This document shows, piece after piece, positions 27,030 to 42,600 of a DNA stretch of 64,000 bases. The stretch spans positions 62,001-126,000 of the forward strand of contig CAXKVF010000086.1 in the NCBI GenBank assembly GCA_964057225.1, written 5' to 3'. Under the pieces are notes generated by a model. The model made no database searches. It was given only the letters and a program-made list of their open reading frames with translations, and was not told the origin of the DNA. The translations under genes and the position numbers were made by a program. The DNA comes from Auanema rhodensis. Its lineage: Eukaryota; Animalia; Nematoda. Within the stretch, counting starts at the first letter, position 1. Each line of letters begins with the position of its first letter.

Positions 27030-29670
27030 CGTGTACATTTAATTAGCATAAATTAAAGTTCACGTAAATTTCAAAGTCATGGTTACCATGCACCAATATC
27101 AATAAAAATTTGTTTTTAGACTAATATGGACATGGGGAATCTAATTTTGAAAACCGCATCTCTTTATCTTTCACGTGAAGCGAGTTACATACCAAGTGCA
27201 CATCACGTGTACATTTAATTAGCATAAATTAAAGTTCACGTAAATTTCAAAGTCATGGTTACCATGCACCAATATCAATAAAAATTTGTTTTTAGACTAA
27301 TATGGACATGGGGAATCTAATTTTGAAAACCGCATCTCTTTATCTTTCACGTGAAGCGAGTTACATACCAAGTGCACATCACGTGTACATTTAATTAGCA
27401 TAAATTAAAGTTCACGTAAATTTCAAAGTCATGGTTACCATGAACCAATATCAATAAAAATTTGTTTTCAGACTAATATGGACATGGGGAATCTAATTTT
27501 GAAAACCGCATCTCTTTATCTTTCACGTGAAGCGAGTTACATACCAAGTGCACATCACGTGTACATTTAATTAGCATAAATTAAAGTTCACGTAAATTTC
27601 AAAGTCATGGTTACCATGCACCAATATCAATAAAAATTTGTTTTTAGACTAATATGGACATGGGGAATCTAATTTTGAAAACCGCATCTCTTTATCTTTC
27701 ACGTGAAGCGAGTTACATACCAAGTGCACATCACGTGTACATTTAATTAGCATAAATTAAAGTTCACGTAAATTTCAAAGTCATGGTTACCATGCACCAA
27801 TATCAATAAAAATTTGTTTTTAGACTAATATGGACATGGGGAATCTAATTTTGAAAACCGCATCTCTTTATCTTTCACGTGAAGCGAGTTACATACCAAG
27901 TGCACATCACGTGTACATTTAATTAGCATAAATTAAAGTTCACGTAAATTTCAAAGTCATGGTTACCATGAACCAATATCAATAAAAATTTGTTTTCAGA
28001 CTAATATGGACATGGGGAATCTAATTTTGAAAACCGCATCTCTTTATCTTTCACGTGAAGCGAGTTACATACCAAGTGCACATCACGTGTACATTTAATT
28101 AGCATAAATTAAAGTTCACGTAAATTTCAAAGTCATGGTTACCATGCACCAATATCAATAAAAATTTGTTTTTAGACTAATATGGACATGGGGAATCTAA
28201 TTTTGAAAACCGCATCTCTTTATCTTTCACGTGAAGCGAGTTACATACCAAGTGCACATCACGTGTACATTTAATTAGCATAAATTAAAGTTCACGTAAA
28301 TTTCAAAGTCATGGTTACCATGCACCAATATCAATAAAAATTTGTTTTTAGACTAATATGGACATGGGGAATCTAATTTTGAAAACCGCATCTCTTTATC
28401 TTTCACGTGAAGCGAGTTACATACCAAGTGCACATCACGTGTACATTTAATTAGCATAAATTAAAGTTCACGTAAATTTCAAAGTCATGGTTACCATGAA
28501 CCAATATCAATAAAAATTTGTTTTCAGACTAATATGGACATGGGGAATCTAATTTTGAAAACCGCATCTCTTTATCTTTCACGTGAAGCGAGTTACATAC
28601 CAAGTGCACATCACGTGTACATTTAATTAGCATAAATTAAAGTTCACGTAAATTTCAAAGTCATGGTTACCATGCACCAATATCAATAAAAATTTGTTTT
28701 TAGACTAATATGGACATGGGGAATCTAATTTTGAAAACCGCATCTCTTTATCTTTCACGTGAAGCGAGTTACATACCAAGTGCACATCACGTGTACATTT
28801 AATTAGCATAAATTAAAGTTCACGTAAATTTCAAAGTCATGGTTACCATGCACCAATATCAATAAAAATTTGTTTTTAGACTAATATGGACATGGGGAAT
28901 CTAATTTTGAAAACCGCATCTCTTTATCTTTCACGTGAAGCGAGTTACATACCAAGTGCACATCACGTGTACATTTAATTAGCATAAATTAAAGTTCACG
29001 TAAATTTCAAAGTCATGGTTACCATGAACCAATATCAATAAAAATTTGTTTTCAGACTAATATGGACATGGGGAATCTAATTTTGAAAACCGCATCTCTT
29101 TATCTTTCACGTGAAGCGAGTTACATACCAAGTGCACATCACGTGTACATTTAATTAGCATAAATTAAAGTTCACGTAAATTTCAAAGTCATGGTTACCA
29201 TGCACCAATATCAATAAAAATTTGTTTTTAGACTAATATGGACATGGGGAATCTAATTTTGAAAACCGCATCTCTTTATCTTTCACGTGAAGCGAGTTAC
29301 ATACCAAGTGCACATCACGTGTACATTTAATTAGCATAAATTAAAGTTCACGTAAATTTCAAAGTCATGGTTACCATGCACCAATATCAATAAAAATTTG
29401 TTTTTAGACTAATATGGACATGGGAAATCTAATTTTGAAAACCGCATCTCTTTATCTTTCACGTGAAGCGAGTTACATACCAAGTGCACATCACGTGTAC
29501 ATTTAATTAGCATAAATTAAAGTTCACGTAAATTTCAAAGTCATGGTTACCATGAACCAATATCAATAAAAATTTGTTTTCAGACTAATATGGACATGGG
29601 AAATCTAATTTTGAAAACCGCATCTCTTTATCTTTCACGTGAAGCGAGTTACATACCAAGTGCACATCAC
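27030..29670 (+). repeat. Trimeric higher-order repeat (528 bp, ~5 copies)
   Basis: The TTTTCAG variant occurs at 27469, 27997, 28525, 29053 and 29581 (528-bp spacing), each on an AACC monomer preceded by two CACC monomers. Confidence 0.9.
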
Positions 29671-30699
29671 GTGTACATTTAATTAGCATAAATTAAAGTT
29701 CACGTAAATTTCAAAGTCATGGTTACCATGCACCAATATCAATAAAAATTTGTTTTTAGACTAATATGGACATGGGGAATCTAATTTTGAAAACCGCATC
29801 TCTTTATCTTTCACGTGAAGCGAGTTACATACCAAGTGCACATCACGTGTACATTTAATTAGCATAAATTAAAGTTCACGTAAATTTCAAAGTCATGGTT
29901 ACCATGCACCAATATCAATAAAAATTTGTTTTTAGACTAATATGGACATGGGGAATCTAATTTTGAAAACCGCATCTCTTTATCTTTCACGTGAAGCGAG
30001 TTACATACCAAGTGCACATCACGTGTACATTTAATTAGCATAAATTAAAGTTCACGTAAATTTCAAAGTCATGGTTACCATGCACCAATATCAATAAAAA
30101 TTTGTTTTTAGACTAATATGGACATGGGGAATCTAATTTTGAAAACCGCATCTCTTCATCTTTCACGTGAAGCGAGTTACATACCAAGTGCACATCACGT
30201 GTACATTTAATTAGCATAAATTAAAGTTCACGTAAATTTCAAAGTCATGGTTACCATGCACCAATATCAATAAAAATTTGTTTTTAGACTAATATGGACA
30301 TGGGGAATCTAATTTTGAAAACCGCATCTCTTTATCTTTCACGTGAAGCGAGTTACATACCAAGTGCACATCACGTGTACATTTAATTAGCATAAATTAA
30401 AGTTCACGTAAATTTCAAAGTCATGGTTACCATGCACCAATATCAATAAAAATTTGTTTTTAGACTAATATGGACATGGGGAATCTAATTTTGAAAACCG
30501 CATCTCTTTATCTTTCACGTGAAGCGAGTTACATACCAAGTGCACATCACGTGTACATTTAATTAGCATAAATTAAAGTTCACGTAAATTTCAAAGTCAT
30601 GGTTACCATGCACCAATATCAATAAAAATTTGTTTTTAGACTAATATGGACACGGGGAATCTAATTTTGAAAACCGCATCTCTTTATCTTTCACGTGAA

Positions 30700-33600
30700 G
30701 CGAGTTACATACCAAGTGCACATCACGTGTACATTTAATTAGCATAAATTAAAGTTCACGTAAATTTCAAAGTCATGGTTACCATGAACCAATATCAATA
30801 AAAATTTGTTTTTAGACTAATATGGACATGGGGAATCTAATTTTGAAAACCGCATCTCTTCATCTTTCACGTGAAGCGAGTTACATACCAAGTGCACATC
30901 ACGTGTACATTTAATTAGCATAAATTAAAGTTCACGTAAATTTCAAAGTCATGGTTACCATGAACCAATATCAATAAAAATTTGTTTTTAGACTAATATG
31001 GACATGGGGAATCTAATTTTGAAAACCGCATCTCTTTATCTTTCACGTGAAGCGAGTTACATACCAAGTGCACATCACGTGTACATTTAATTAGCATAAA
31101 TTAAAGTTCACGTAAATTTCAAAGTCATGGTTACCATGCACCAATATCAATAAAAATTTGTTTTTAGACTAATATGGACATGGAGAATCTAATTTTGAAA
31201 ACCGCATCTCTTTATCTTTCACGTGAAGCGAGGTACATACCAAGTGCACATCACGTGTACATTTAATTAGCATAAATTAAAGTTCACGTAAATTTCAAAG
31301 TCATGGTTACCATGAACCAATATCAATAAAAATTTGTTTTTAGACTAATATGGACATGGGGAATCTAATTTTGAAAACCGCATCTCTTTATCTTTCACGT
31401 GAAGCGAGTTACATACCAAGTGCACATCACGTGTACATTTAATTAGCATTAATTAAAGTTCACGTAAATTTCAAAGTCATGGTTACCATGAACCAATATC
31501 AATAAAAATTTGTTTTTAGACTAATATGGACATGGGGAATCTAATTTTGAAAACCGCATCTCTTTATCTTTCACGTGAAGCGAGTTACATACCAAGTGCA
31601 CATCACGTGTACATTTAATTAGCATAAATTAAAGTTCACGTAAATTTCAAAGTCATGGTTACCATGCACCAATATCAATAAAAATTTGTTTTTAGACTAA
31701 TATGGACATGGGGAATCTAATTTTGAAAACCGCATCTCTTTATATTTCACGTGAAGCGAGTTACATACCAAGTGCACATCACGTGTACATTTAATTAGCA
31801 TAAATTAAAGTTCACGTAAATTTCAAAGTCATGGTTACCATGCACCAATATCAATAAAAATTTGTTTTTAGACTAATATGGACATGGGGAATCTAATTTT
31901 GAAAACCGCATCTCTTTATCTTTCACATGAAGCGAGTTACATACCAAGTGCACATCACGTGTACATTTAATTAGCATAAATTAAAGTTCACGTAAATTTC
32001 AAAGTCATGGTTACCATGCACCAATATCAATAAAAATTTGTTTTTAGACTAATATGGACATGGGGAATCTAATTTTGAAAACCGCATCTCTTTATCTTTC
32101 ACGTGAAGTGAGTTACATACCAAGTGCACATCACGTATACATTTAATTAGCATAAATTAAAGTTCACGTAAATTTCAAAGTCATGGTTACCATGCACCAA
32201 TATCAATAAAAATTTGTTTTTAGACTAATATGGACATGGGGAATCTAATTTTGAAAACCGCATCTCTTTATCTTTCACGTGAAGCGAGTTACATACCAAG
32301 TGCACATCACGTGTACATTTAATTAGCATAAATTAAAGTTCACGTAAATTTCAAAGTCATGGTTACCATGCACCAATATCAATAAAAATTTGTTTTTAGA
32401 CTAATATGGACATGGGGAATCTAATTTTGAAAACCGCATCTCTTTATCTTTCACGTGAAGCGAGTTACATACCAAGTGCACATCACGTGTACATTTAATT
32501 AGCATAAATTAAAGTTCACGTAAATTTCAAAGTCATGGTTACCATGAACCAATATCAATAAAAATTTGTTTTCAGACTAATATGGACATGGGGAATCTAA
32601 TTTTGAAAACCGCATCTCTTTATCTTTCACGTGAAGCGAGTTACATACCAAGTGCACATCACGTGTACATTTAATTAGCATAAATTAAAGTTCACGTAAA
32701 TTCCAAAGTCATGGTTACCATGCACCAATATCAATAAAAATTTGTTTTTAGACTAATATGGACATGGGGAATCTAATTTTGAAAACCGCATCTCTTTATC
32801 TTTCACGTGAAGCGAGTTACATACCAAGTGCACATCACGTGTACATTTAATTAGCATAAATTAAAGTTCACGTAAATTTCAAAGTCATGGTTACCATGCA
32901 CCAATATCAATAAAAATTTGTTTTTAGACTAATATGGACATGGGGAATCTAATTTTGAAAACCGCATCTCTTCATCTTTCACGTGAAGCGAGTTACATAC
33001 CAAGTGCACATCACGTGTACATTTAATTAGCATAAATTAAAGTTCACGTAAATTTCAAAGTCATGGTTACCATGCACCAATATCAATAAAAATTTGTTTT
33101 TAGACTAATATGGACATGGGGAATCTAATTTTGAAAACCGCATCTCTTTATCTTTCACGTGAAGCGAGTTACATACCAAGTGCACATCACGTGTACATTT
33201 AATTAGCATAAATTAAAGTTCACGTAAATTTCAAAGTCATGGTTACCATGCACCAATATCAATAAAAATTTGTTTTTAGACTAATATGGACATGGGGAAT
33301 CTAATTTTGAAAACCGCATCTCTTTATCTTTCACGTGAAGCGAGTTACATACCAAGTGCACATCACGTGTACATTTAATTAGCATAAATTAAAGTTCACG
33401 TAAATTTCAAAGTCATGGTTACCGTGAACCAATATCAATAAAAATTTGTTTTCAGACTAATATGGACATGGGGAATCTAATTTTGAAAACCGCATCTCTT
33501 TATCTTTCACGTGAAGCGAGTTACATACCAAGTGCACATCACGTGTACATTTAATTAGCATAAATTAAAGTTCACGTAAATTCCAAAGTCATGGTTACCA

Positions 33601-36600
33601 TGCACCAATATCAATAAAAATTTGTTTTTAGACTAATATGGACATGGGGAATCTAATTTTGAAAACCGCATCTCTTTATCTTTCACGTGAAGCGAGTTAC
33701 ATACCAAGTGCACATCACGTGTACATTTAATTAGCATAAATTAAAGTTCACGTAAATTTCAAAGTCATGGTTACCATGCACCAATATCAATAAAAATTTG
33801 TTTTTAGACTAATATGGACATGGGGAATCTAATTTTGAAAACCGCATCTCTTTATCTTTCACGTGAAGCGAGTTACATACCAAGTGCACATCACGTGTAC
33901 ATTTAATTAGCATAAATTAAAGTTCACGTAAATTTCAAAGTCATGGTTACCATGCACCAATATCAATAAAAATTTGTTTTTAGACTAATATGGACATGGG
34001 GAATCTAATTTTGAAAACCGCATCTCTTTATCTTTCACGTGAAGCGAGTTACATACCAAGTGCACATCACGTGTACATTTAATTAGCATAAATTAAAGTT
34101 CACGTAAATTTCAAAGTCATGGTTACCATGCACCAATATCAATAAAAATTTGTTTTTAGACTAATATGGACATGGGGAATCTAATTTTGAAAACCGCATC
34201 TCTTCATCTTTCACGTGAAGCGAGTTACATACCAAGTGCACATCACGTGTACATTTAATTAGCATAAATTAAAGTTCACGTAAATTTCAAAGTCATGGTT
34301 ACCATGCACCAATATCAATAAAAATCTGTTTTTAGACTAATATGGACATGGGAAATCTAATTTTGAAAACCGCATCTCTTTATCTTTCACGTGAAGCGAG
34401 TTACATACCAAGTGCACATCACGTGTACATTTAATTAGCATAAATTAAAGTTCACGTAAATTTCAAAGTCATGGTTACCATGAACCAATATCAATAAAAA
34501 TTTGTTTTTAGACTAATATGGACATGGGGAATCTAATTTTGAAAACCGCATCTCTTTATCTTTCACGTGAAGCGAGTTACATACCAAGTGCACATCACGT
34601 GTACATTTAATTAGCATTAATTAAAGTTCACGTAAATTTCAAAGTCATGGTTACCATGAACCAATATCAATAAAAATTTGTTTTTAGACTAATATGGACA
34701 TGGGGAATCTAATTTTGAAAACCGCATCTCTTCATCTTTCACGTGAAGCGAGTTACATACCAAGTGCACATCACGTGTACATTTAATTAGCATAAATTAA
34801 AGTTCACGTAAATTTCAAAGTCATGGTTACCATGAACCAATATCAATAAAAATTTGTTTTTAGACTAATATGGACATGGGGAATCTAATTTTGAAAACCG
34901 CATCTCTTTATCTTTCACGTGAAGCGAGTTACATACCAAGTGCACATCACGTGTACATTTAATTAGCATAAATTAAAGTTCACGTAAATTTCAAAGTCAT
35001 GGTTACCATGCACCAATATCAATAAAAATTTGTTTTTAGACTAATATGGACATGGAGAATCTAATTTTGAAAACCGCATCTCTTTATCTTTCACGTGAAG
35101 CGAGGTACATACCAAGTGCACATCACGTGTACATTTAATTAGCATAAATTAAAGTTCACGTAAATTTCAAAGTCATGGTTACCATGAACCAATATCAATA
35201 AAAATTTGTTTTTAGACTAATATGGACATGGGGAATCTAATTTTGAAAACCGCATCTCTTTATCTTTCACGTGAAGCGAGTTACATACCAAGTGCACATC
35301 ACGTGTACATTTAATTAGCATTAATTAAAGTTCACGTAAATTTCAAAGTCATGGTTACCATGAACCAATATCAATAAAAATTTGTTTTTAGACTAATATG
35401 GACATGGGGAATCTAATTTTGAAAACCGCATCTCTTTATCTTTCACGTGAAGCGAGTTACATACCAAGTGCACATCACGTGTACATTTAATTAGCATAAA
35501 TTAAAGTTCACGTAAATTTCAAAGTCATGGTTACCATGCACCAATATCAATAAAAATTTGTTTTTAGACTAATATGGACATGGGGAATCTAATTTTGAAA
35601 ACCGCATCTCTTTATATTTCACGTGAAGCGAGTTACATACCAAGTGCACATCACGTGTACATTTAATTAGCATAAATTAAAGTTCACGTAAATTTCAAAG
35701 TCATGGTTACCATGCACCAATATCAATAAAAATTTGTTTTTAGACTAATATGGACATGGGGAATCTAATTTTGAAAACCGCATCTCTTTATCTTTCACGT
35801 GAAGCGAGTTACATACCAAGTGCACATCACGTATACATTTAATTAGCATAAATTAAAGTTCACGTAAATTTCAAAGTCATGGTTACCATGCACCAATATC
35901 AATAAAAATTTGTTTTTAGACTAATATGGACATGGGGAATCTAATTTTGAAAACCGCATCTCTTTATCTTTCACATGAAGCGAGTTACATACCAAGTGCA
36001 CATCACGTGTACATTTAATTAGCATAAATTAAAGTTCACGTAAATTTCAAAGTCATGGTTACCATGCACCAATATCAATAAAAATTTGTTTTTAGACTAA
36101 TATGGACATGGGGAATCTAATTTTGAAAACCGCATCTCTTTATCTTTCACGTGAAGTGAGTTACATACCAAGTGCACATCACGTATACATTTAATTAGCA
36201 TAAATTAAAGTTCACGTAAATTTCAAAGTCATGGTTACCATGCACCAATATCAATAAAAATTTGTTTTTAGACTAATATGGACATGGGGAATCTAATTTT
36301 GAAAACCGCATCTCTTTATCTTTCACGTGAAGCGAGTTACATACCAAGTGCACATCACGTGTACATTTAATTAGCATAAATTAAAGTTCACGTAAATTTC
36401 AAAGTCATGGTTACCATGCACCAATATCAATAAAAATTTGTTTTTAGACTAATATGGACATGGGGAATCTAATTTTGAAAACCGCATCTCTTTATCTTTC
36501 ACGTGAAGCGAGTTACATACCAAGTGCACATCACGTGTACATTTAATTAGCATAAATTAAAGTTCACGTAAATTTCAAAGTCATGGTTACCATGAACCAA

Positions 36601-39600
36601 TATCAATAAAAATTTGTTTTCAGACTAATATGGACATGGGGAATCTAATTTTGAAAACCGCATCTCTTTATCTTTCACGTGAAGCGAGTTACATACCAAG
36701 TGCACATCACGTGTACATTTAATTAGCATAAATTAAAGTTCACGTAAATTCCAAAGTCATGGTTACCATGCACCAATATCAATAAAAATTTGTTTTTAGA
36801 CTAATATGGACATGGGGAATCTAATTTTGAAAACCGCATCTCTTTATCTTTCACGTGAAGCGAGTTACATACCAAGTGCACATCACGTGTACATTTAATT
36901 AGCATAAATTAAAGTTCACGTAAATTTCAAAGTCATGGTTACCATGCACCAATATCAATAAAAATTTGTTTTTAGACTAATATGGACATGGGGAATCTAA
37001 TTTTGAAAACCGCATCTCTTCATCTTTCACGTGAAGCGAGTTACATACCAAGTGCACATCACGTGTACATTTAATTAGCATAAATTAAAGTTCACGTAAA
37101 TTTCAAAGTCATGGTTACCATGCACCAATATCAATAAAAATTTGTTTTTAGACTAATATGGACATGGGGAATCTAATTTTGAAAACCGCATCTCTTTATC
37201 TTTCACGTGAAGCGAGTTACATACCAAGTGCACATCACGTGTACATTTAATTAGCATAAATTAAAGTTCACGTAAATTTCAAAGTCATGGTTACCATGCA
37301 CCAATATCAATAAAAATTTGTTTTTAGACTAATATGGACATGGGGAATCTAATTTTGAAAACCGCATCTCTTCATCTTTCACGTGAAGCGAGTTACATAC
37401 CAAGTGCACATCACGTGTACATTTAATTAGCATAAATTAAAGTTCACGTAAATTTCAAAGTCATGGTTACCATGCACCAATATCAATAAAAATCTGTTTT
37501 TAGACTAATATGGACATGGGAAATCTAATTTTGAAAACCGCATCTCTTTATCTTTCACGTGAAGCGAGTTACATACCAAGTGCACATCACGTGTACATTT
37601 AATTAGCATAAATTAAAGTTCACGTAAATTTCAAAGTCATGGTTACCATGAACCAATATCAATAAAAATTTGTTTTCAGACTAATATGGACATGGGGAAT
37701 CTAATTTTGAAAACCGCATCTCTTTATCTTTCACGTGAAGCGAGTTACATACCAAGTGCACATCACGTGTACATTTAATTAGCATAAATTAAAGTTCACG
37801 TAAATTTCAAAGTCATGGTTACCATGCACCAATATCAATAAAAATTTGTTTTTAGACTAATATGGACATGGGGAATCTAATTTTGAAAACCGCATCTCTT
37901 CATCTTTCACGTGAAGCGAGTTACATACCAAGTGCACATCACGTGTACATTTAATTAGCATAAATTAAAGTTCACGTAAATTTCAAAGTCATGGTTACCA
38001 TGCACCAATATCAATAAAAATCTGTTTTTAGACTAATATGGACATGGGAAATCTAATTTTGAAAACCGCATCTCTTTATCTTTCACGTGAAGCGAGTTAC
38101 ATACCAAGTGCACATCACGTGTACATTTAATTAGCATAAATTAAAGTTCACGTAAATTTCAAAGTCATGGTTACCATGAACCAATATCAATAAAAATTTG
38201 TTTTCAGACTAATATGGACATGGGGAATCTAATTTTGAAAACCGCATCTCTTTATCTTTCACGTGAAGCGAGTTACATACCAAGTGCACATCACGTGTAC
38301 ATTTAATTAGCATAAATTAAAGTTCACGTAAATTTCAAAGTCATGGTTACCATGAACCAATATCAATAAAAATTTGTTTTTAGACTAATATGGACATGGG
38401 GAATCTAATTTTGAAAACCGCATCTCTTTATCTTTCACGTGAAGCGAGTTACATACCAAGTGCACATCACGTGTACATTTAATTAGCATAAATTAAAGTT
38501 CACGTAAATTTCAAAGTCATGGTTACCATGAACCAATATCAATAAAAATTTGTTTTTAGACTAATATGGACATGGGGAATCTAATTTTGAAAACCGCATC
38601 TCTTTATCTTTCACGTGAAGCGAGTTACATACCAAGTGCACATCACGTGTACATTTAATTAGCATAAATTAAAGTTCACGTAAATTTCAAAGTCATGGTT
38701 ACCATGCACCAATATAAATAAAAATTTGTTTTTAGACTAATATGGACATGGGGAATCTAATTTTGAAAACCGCATCTCTTTATCTTTCACGTGAAGCGAG
38801 TTACATACCAAGTGCACATCACGTGTACATTTAATTAGCATAAATTAAAGTTCACGTAAATTTCAAAGTCATGGTTACCATGCACCAATATCAATAAAAA
38901 TTTGTTTTTAGACTAATATGGACATGGGGAATCTAATTTTGAAAACCGCATCTCTTTATATTTCACGTGAAGCGAGTTACATACCAAGTGCACATCACGT
39001 GTACATTTAATTAGCATAAATTAAAGTTCACGTAAATTTCAAAGTCATGGTTACCATGCACCAATATCAATAAAAATTTGTTTTTAGACTAATATGGACA
39101 TGGGGAATCTAATTTTGAAAACCGCATCTCTTTATCTTTCACGTGAAGCGAGTTACATACCAAGTGCACATCACGTATACATTTAATTAGCATAAATTAA
39201 AGTTCACGTAAATTTCAAAGTCATGGTTACCATGCACCAATATCAATAAAAATTTGTTTTTAGACTAATATGGACATGGGGAATCTAATTTTGAAAACCG
39301 CATCTCTTTATCTTTCACATGAAGCGAGTTACATACCAAGTGCACATCACGTGTACATTTAATTAGCATAAATTAAAGTTCACGTAAATTTCAAAGTCAT
39401 GGTTACCATGCACCAATATCAATAAAAATTTGTTTTTAGACTAATATGGACATGGGGAATCTAATTTTGAAAACCGCATCTCTTTATCTTTCACGTGAAG
39501 TGAGTTACATACCAAGTGCACATCACGTATACATTTAATTAGCATAAATTAAAGTTCACGTAAATTTCAAAGTCATGGTTACCATGCACCAATATCAATA

Positions 39601-42600
39601 AAAATTTGTTTTTAGACTAATATGGACATGGGGAATCTAATTTTGAAAACCGCATCTCTTTATCTTTCACGTGAAGCGAGTTACATACCAAGTGCACATC
39701 ACGTGTACATTTAATTAGCATAAATTAAAGTTCACGTAAATTTCAAAGTCATGGTTACCATGCACCAATATCAATAAAAATTTGTTTTTAGACTAATATG
39801 GACATGGGGAATCTAATTTTGAAAACCGCATCTCTTTATCTTTCACGTGAAGCGAGTTACATACCAAGTGCACATCACGTGTACATTTAATTAGCATAAA
39901 TTAAAGTTCACGTAAATTCCAAAGTCATGGTTACCATGCACCAATATCAATAAAAATTTGTTTTTAGACTAATATGGACATGGGGAATCTAATTTTGAAA
40001 ACCGCATCTCTTTATCTTTCACGTGAAGCGAGTTACATACCAAGTGCACATCACGTGTACATTTAATTAGCATAAATTAAAGTTCACGTAAATTTCAAAG
40101 TCATGGTTACCATGCACCAATATCAATAAAAATTTGTTTTTAGACTAATATGGACATGGGGAATCTAATTTTGAAAACCGCATCTCTTCATCTTTCACGT
40201 GAAGCGAGTTACATACCAAGTGCACATCACGTGTACATTTAATTAGCATAAATTAAAGTTCACGTAAATTTCAAAGTCATGGTTACCATGCACCAATATC
40301 AATAAAAATTTGTTTTTAGACTAATATGGACATGGGAAATCTAATTTTGAAAACCGCATCTCTTTATCTTTCACGTGAAGCGAGTTACATACCAAGTGCA
40401 CATCACGTGTACATTTAATTAGCATAAATTAAAGTTCACGTAAATTTCAAAGTCATGGTTACCATGCACCAATATCAATAAAAATTTGTTTTTAGACTAA
40501 TATGGACATGGGGAATCTAATTTTGAAAACCGCATCTCTTTATCTTTCACGTGAAGCGAGTTACATACCAAGTGCACATCACGTGTACATTTAATTAGCA
40601 TAAATTAAAGTTCACGTAAATTTCAAAGTCATGGTTACCATGCACCAATATCAATAAAAATTTGTTTTTAGACTAATATGGACATGGGGAATCTAATTTT
40701 GAAAACCGCATCTCTTTATCTTTCACGTGAAGCGAGTTACATACCAAGTGCACATCACGTGTACATTTAATTAGCATAAATTAAAGTTCACGTAAATTTC
40801 AAAGTCATGGTTACCATGCACCAATATCAATAAAAATTTGTTTTTAGACTAATATGGACATGGGGAATCTAATTTTGAAAACCGCATCTCTTCATCTTTC
40901 ACGTGAAGCGAGTTACATACCAAGTGCACATCACGTGTACATTTAATTAGCATAAATTAAAGTTCACGTAAATTTCAAAGTCATGGTTACCATGCACCAA
41001 TATCAATAAAAATCTGTTTTTAGACTAATATGGACATGGGAAATCTAATTTTGAAAACCGCATCTCTTTATCTTTCACGTGAAGCGAGTTACATACCAAG
41101 TGCACATCACGTGTACATTTAATTAGCATAAATTAAAGTTCACGTAAATTTCAAAGTCATGGTTACCATGAACCAATATCAATAAAAATTTGTTTTCAGA
41201 CTAATATGGACATGGGGAATCTAATTTTGAAAACCGCATCTCTTTATCTTTCACGTGAAGCGAGTTACATACCAAGTGCACATCACGTGTACATTTAATT
41301 AGCATAAATTAAAGTTCACGTAAATTTCAAAGTCATGGTTACCATGCACCAATATCAATAAAAATCTGTTTTTAGACTAATATGGACATGGGAAATCTAA
41401 TTTTGAAAACCGCATCTCTTCATCTTTCACGTGAAGCGAGTTACATACCAAGTGCACATCACGTGTACATTTAATTAGCATAAATTAAAGTTCACGTAAA
41501 TTTCAAAGTCATGGTTACCATGCACCAATATCAATAAAAATCTGTTTTTAGACTAATATGGACATGGGAAATCTAATTTTGAAAACCGCATCTCTTTATC
41601 TTTCACGTGAAGCGAGTTACATACCAAGTGCACATCACGTGTACATTTAATTAGCATAAATTAAAGTTCACGTAAATTTCAAAGTCATGGTTACCATGAA
41701 CCAATATCAATAAAAATTTGTTTTCAGACTAATATGGACATGGGGAATCTAATTTTGAAAACCGCATCTCTTTATCTTTCACGTGAAGCGAGTTACATAC
41801 CAAGTGCACATCACGTGTACATTTAATTAGCATAAATTAAAGTTCACGAAAATTTCAAAGTCATGGTTACCATGAACCAATATCAATAAAAATTTGTTTT
41901 TAGACTAATATGGACATGGGGAATCTAATTTTGAAAACCGCATCTCTTCATCTTTCACGTGAAGCGAGTTACATACCAAGTGCACATCACGTGTACATTT
42001 AATTAGCATAAATTAAAGTTCACGTAAATTTCAAAGTCATGGTTACCATGAACCAATATCAATAAAAATTTGTTTTCAGACTAATATGGACATGGGGAAT
42101 CTAATTTTGAAAACCGCATCTCTTTATCTTTCACGTGAAGCGAGTTACATACCAAGTGCACATCACGTGTACATTTAATTAGCATAAATTAAAGTTCACG
42201 TAAATTTCAAAGTCATGGTTACCATGCACCAATATCAATAAAAATTTGTTTTTAGACTAATATGGACATGGGGAATCTAATTTTGAAAACCGCATCTCTT
42301 CATCTTTCACGTGAAGCGAGTTACATACCAAGTGCACATCACGTGTACATTTAATTAGCATAAATTAAAGTTCACGTAAATTTCAAAGTCATGGTTACCA
42401 TGCACCAATATCAATAAAAATCTGTTTTTAGACTAATATGGACATGGGAAATCTAATTTTGAAAACCGCATCTCTTTATCTTTCACGTGAAGCGAGTTAC
42501 ATACCAAGTGCACATCACGTGTACATTTAATTAGCATAAATTAAAGTTCACGTAAATTTCAAAGTCATGGTTACCATGAACCAATATCAATAAAAATTTG

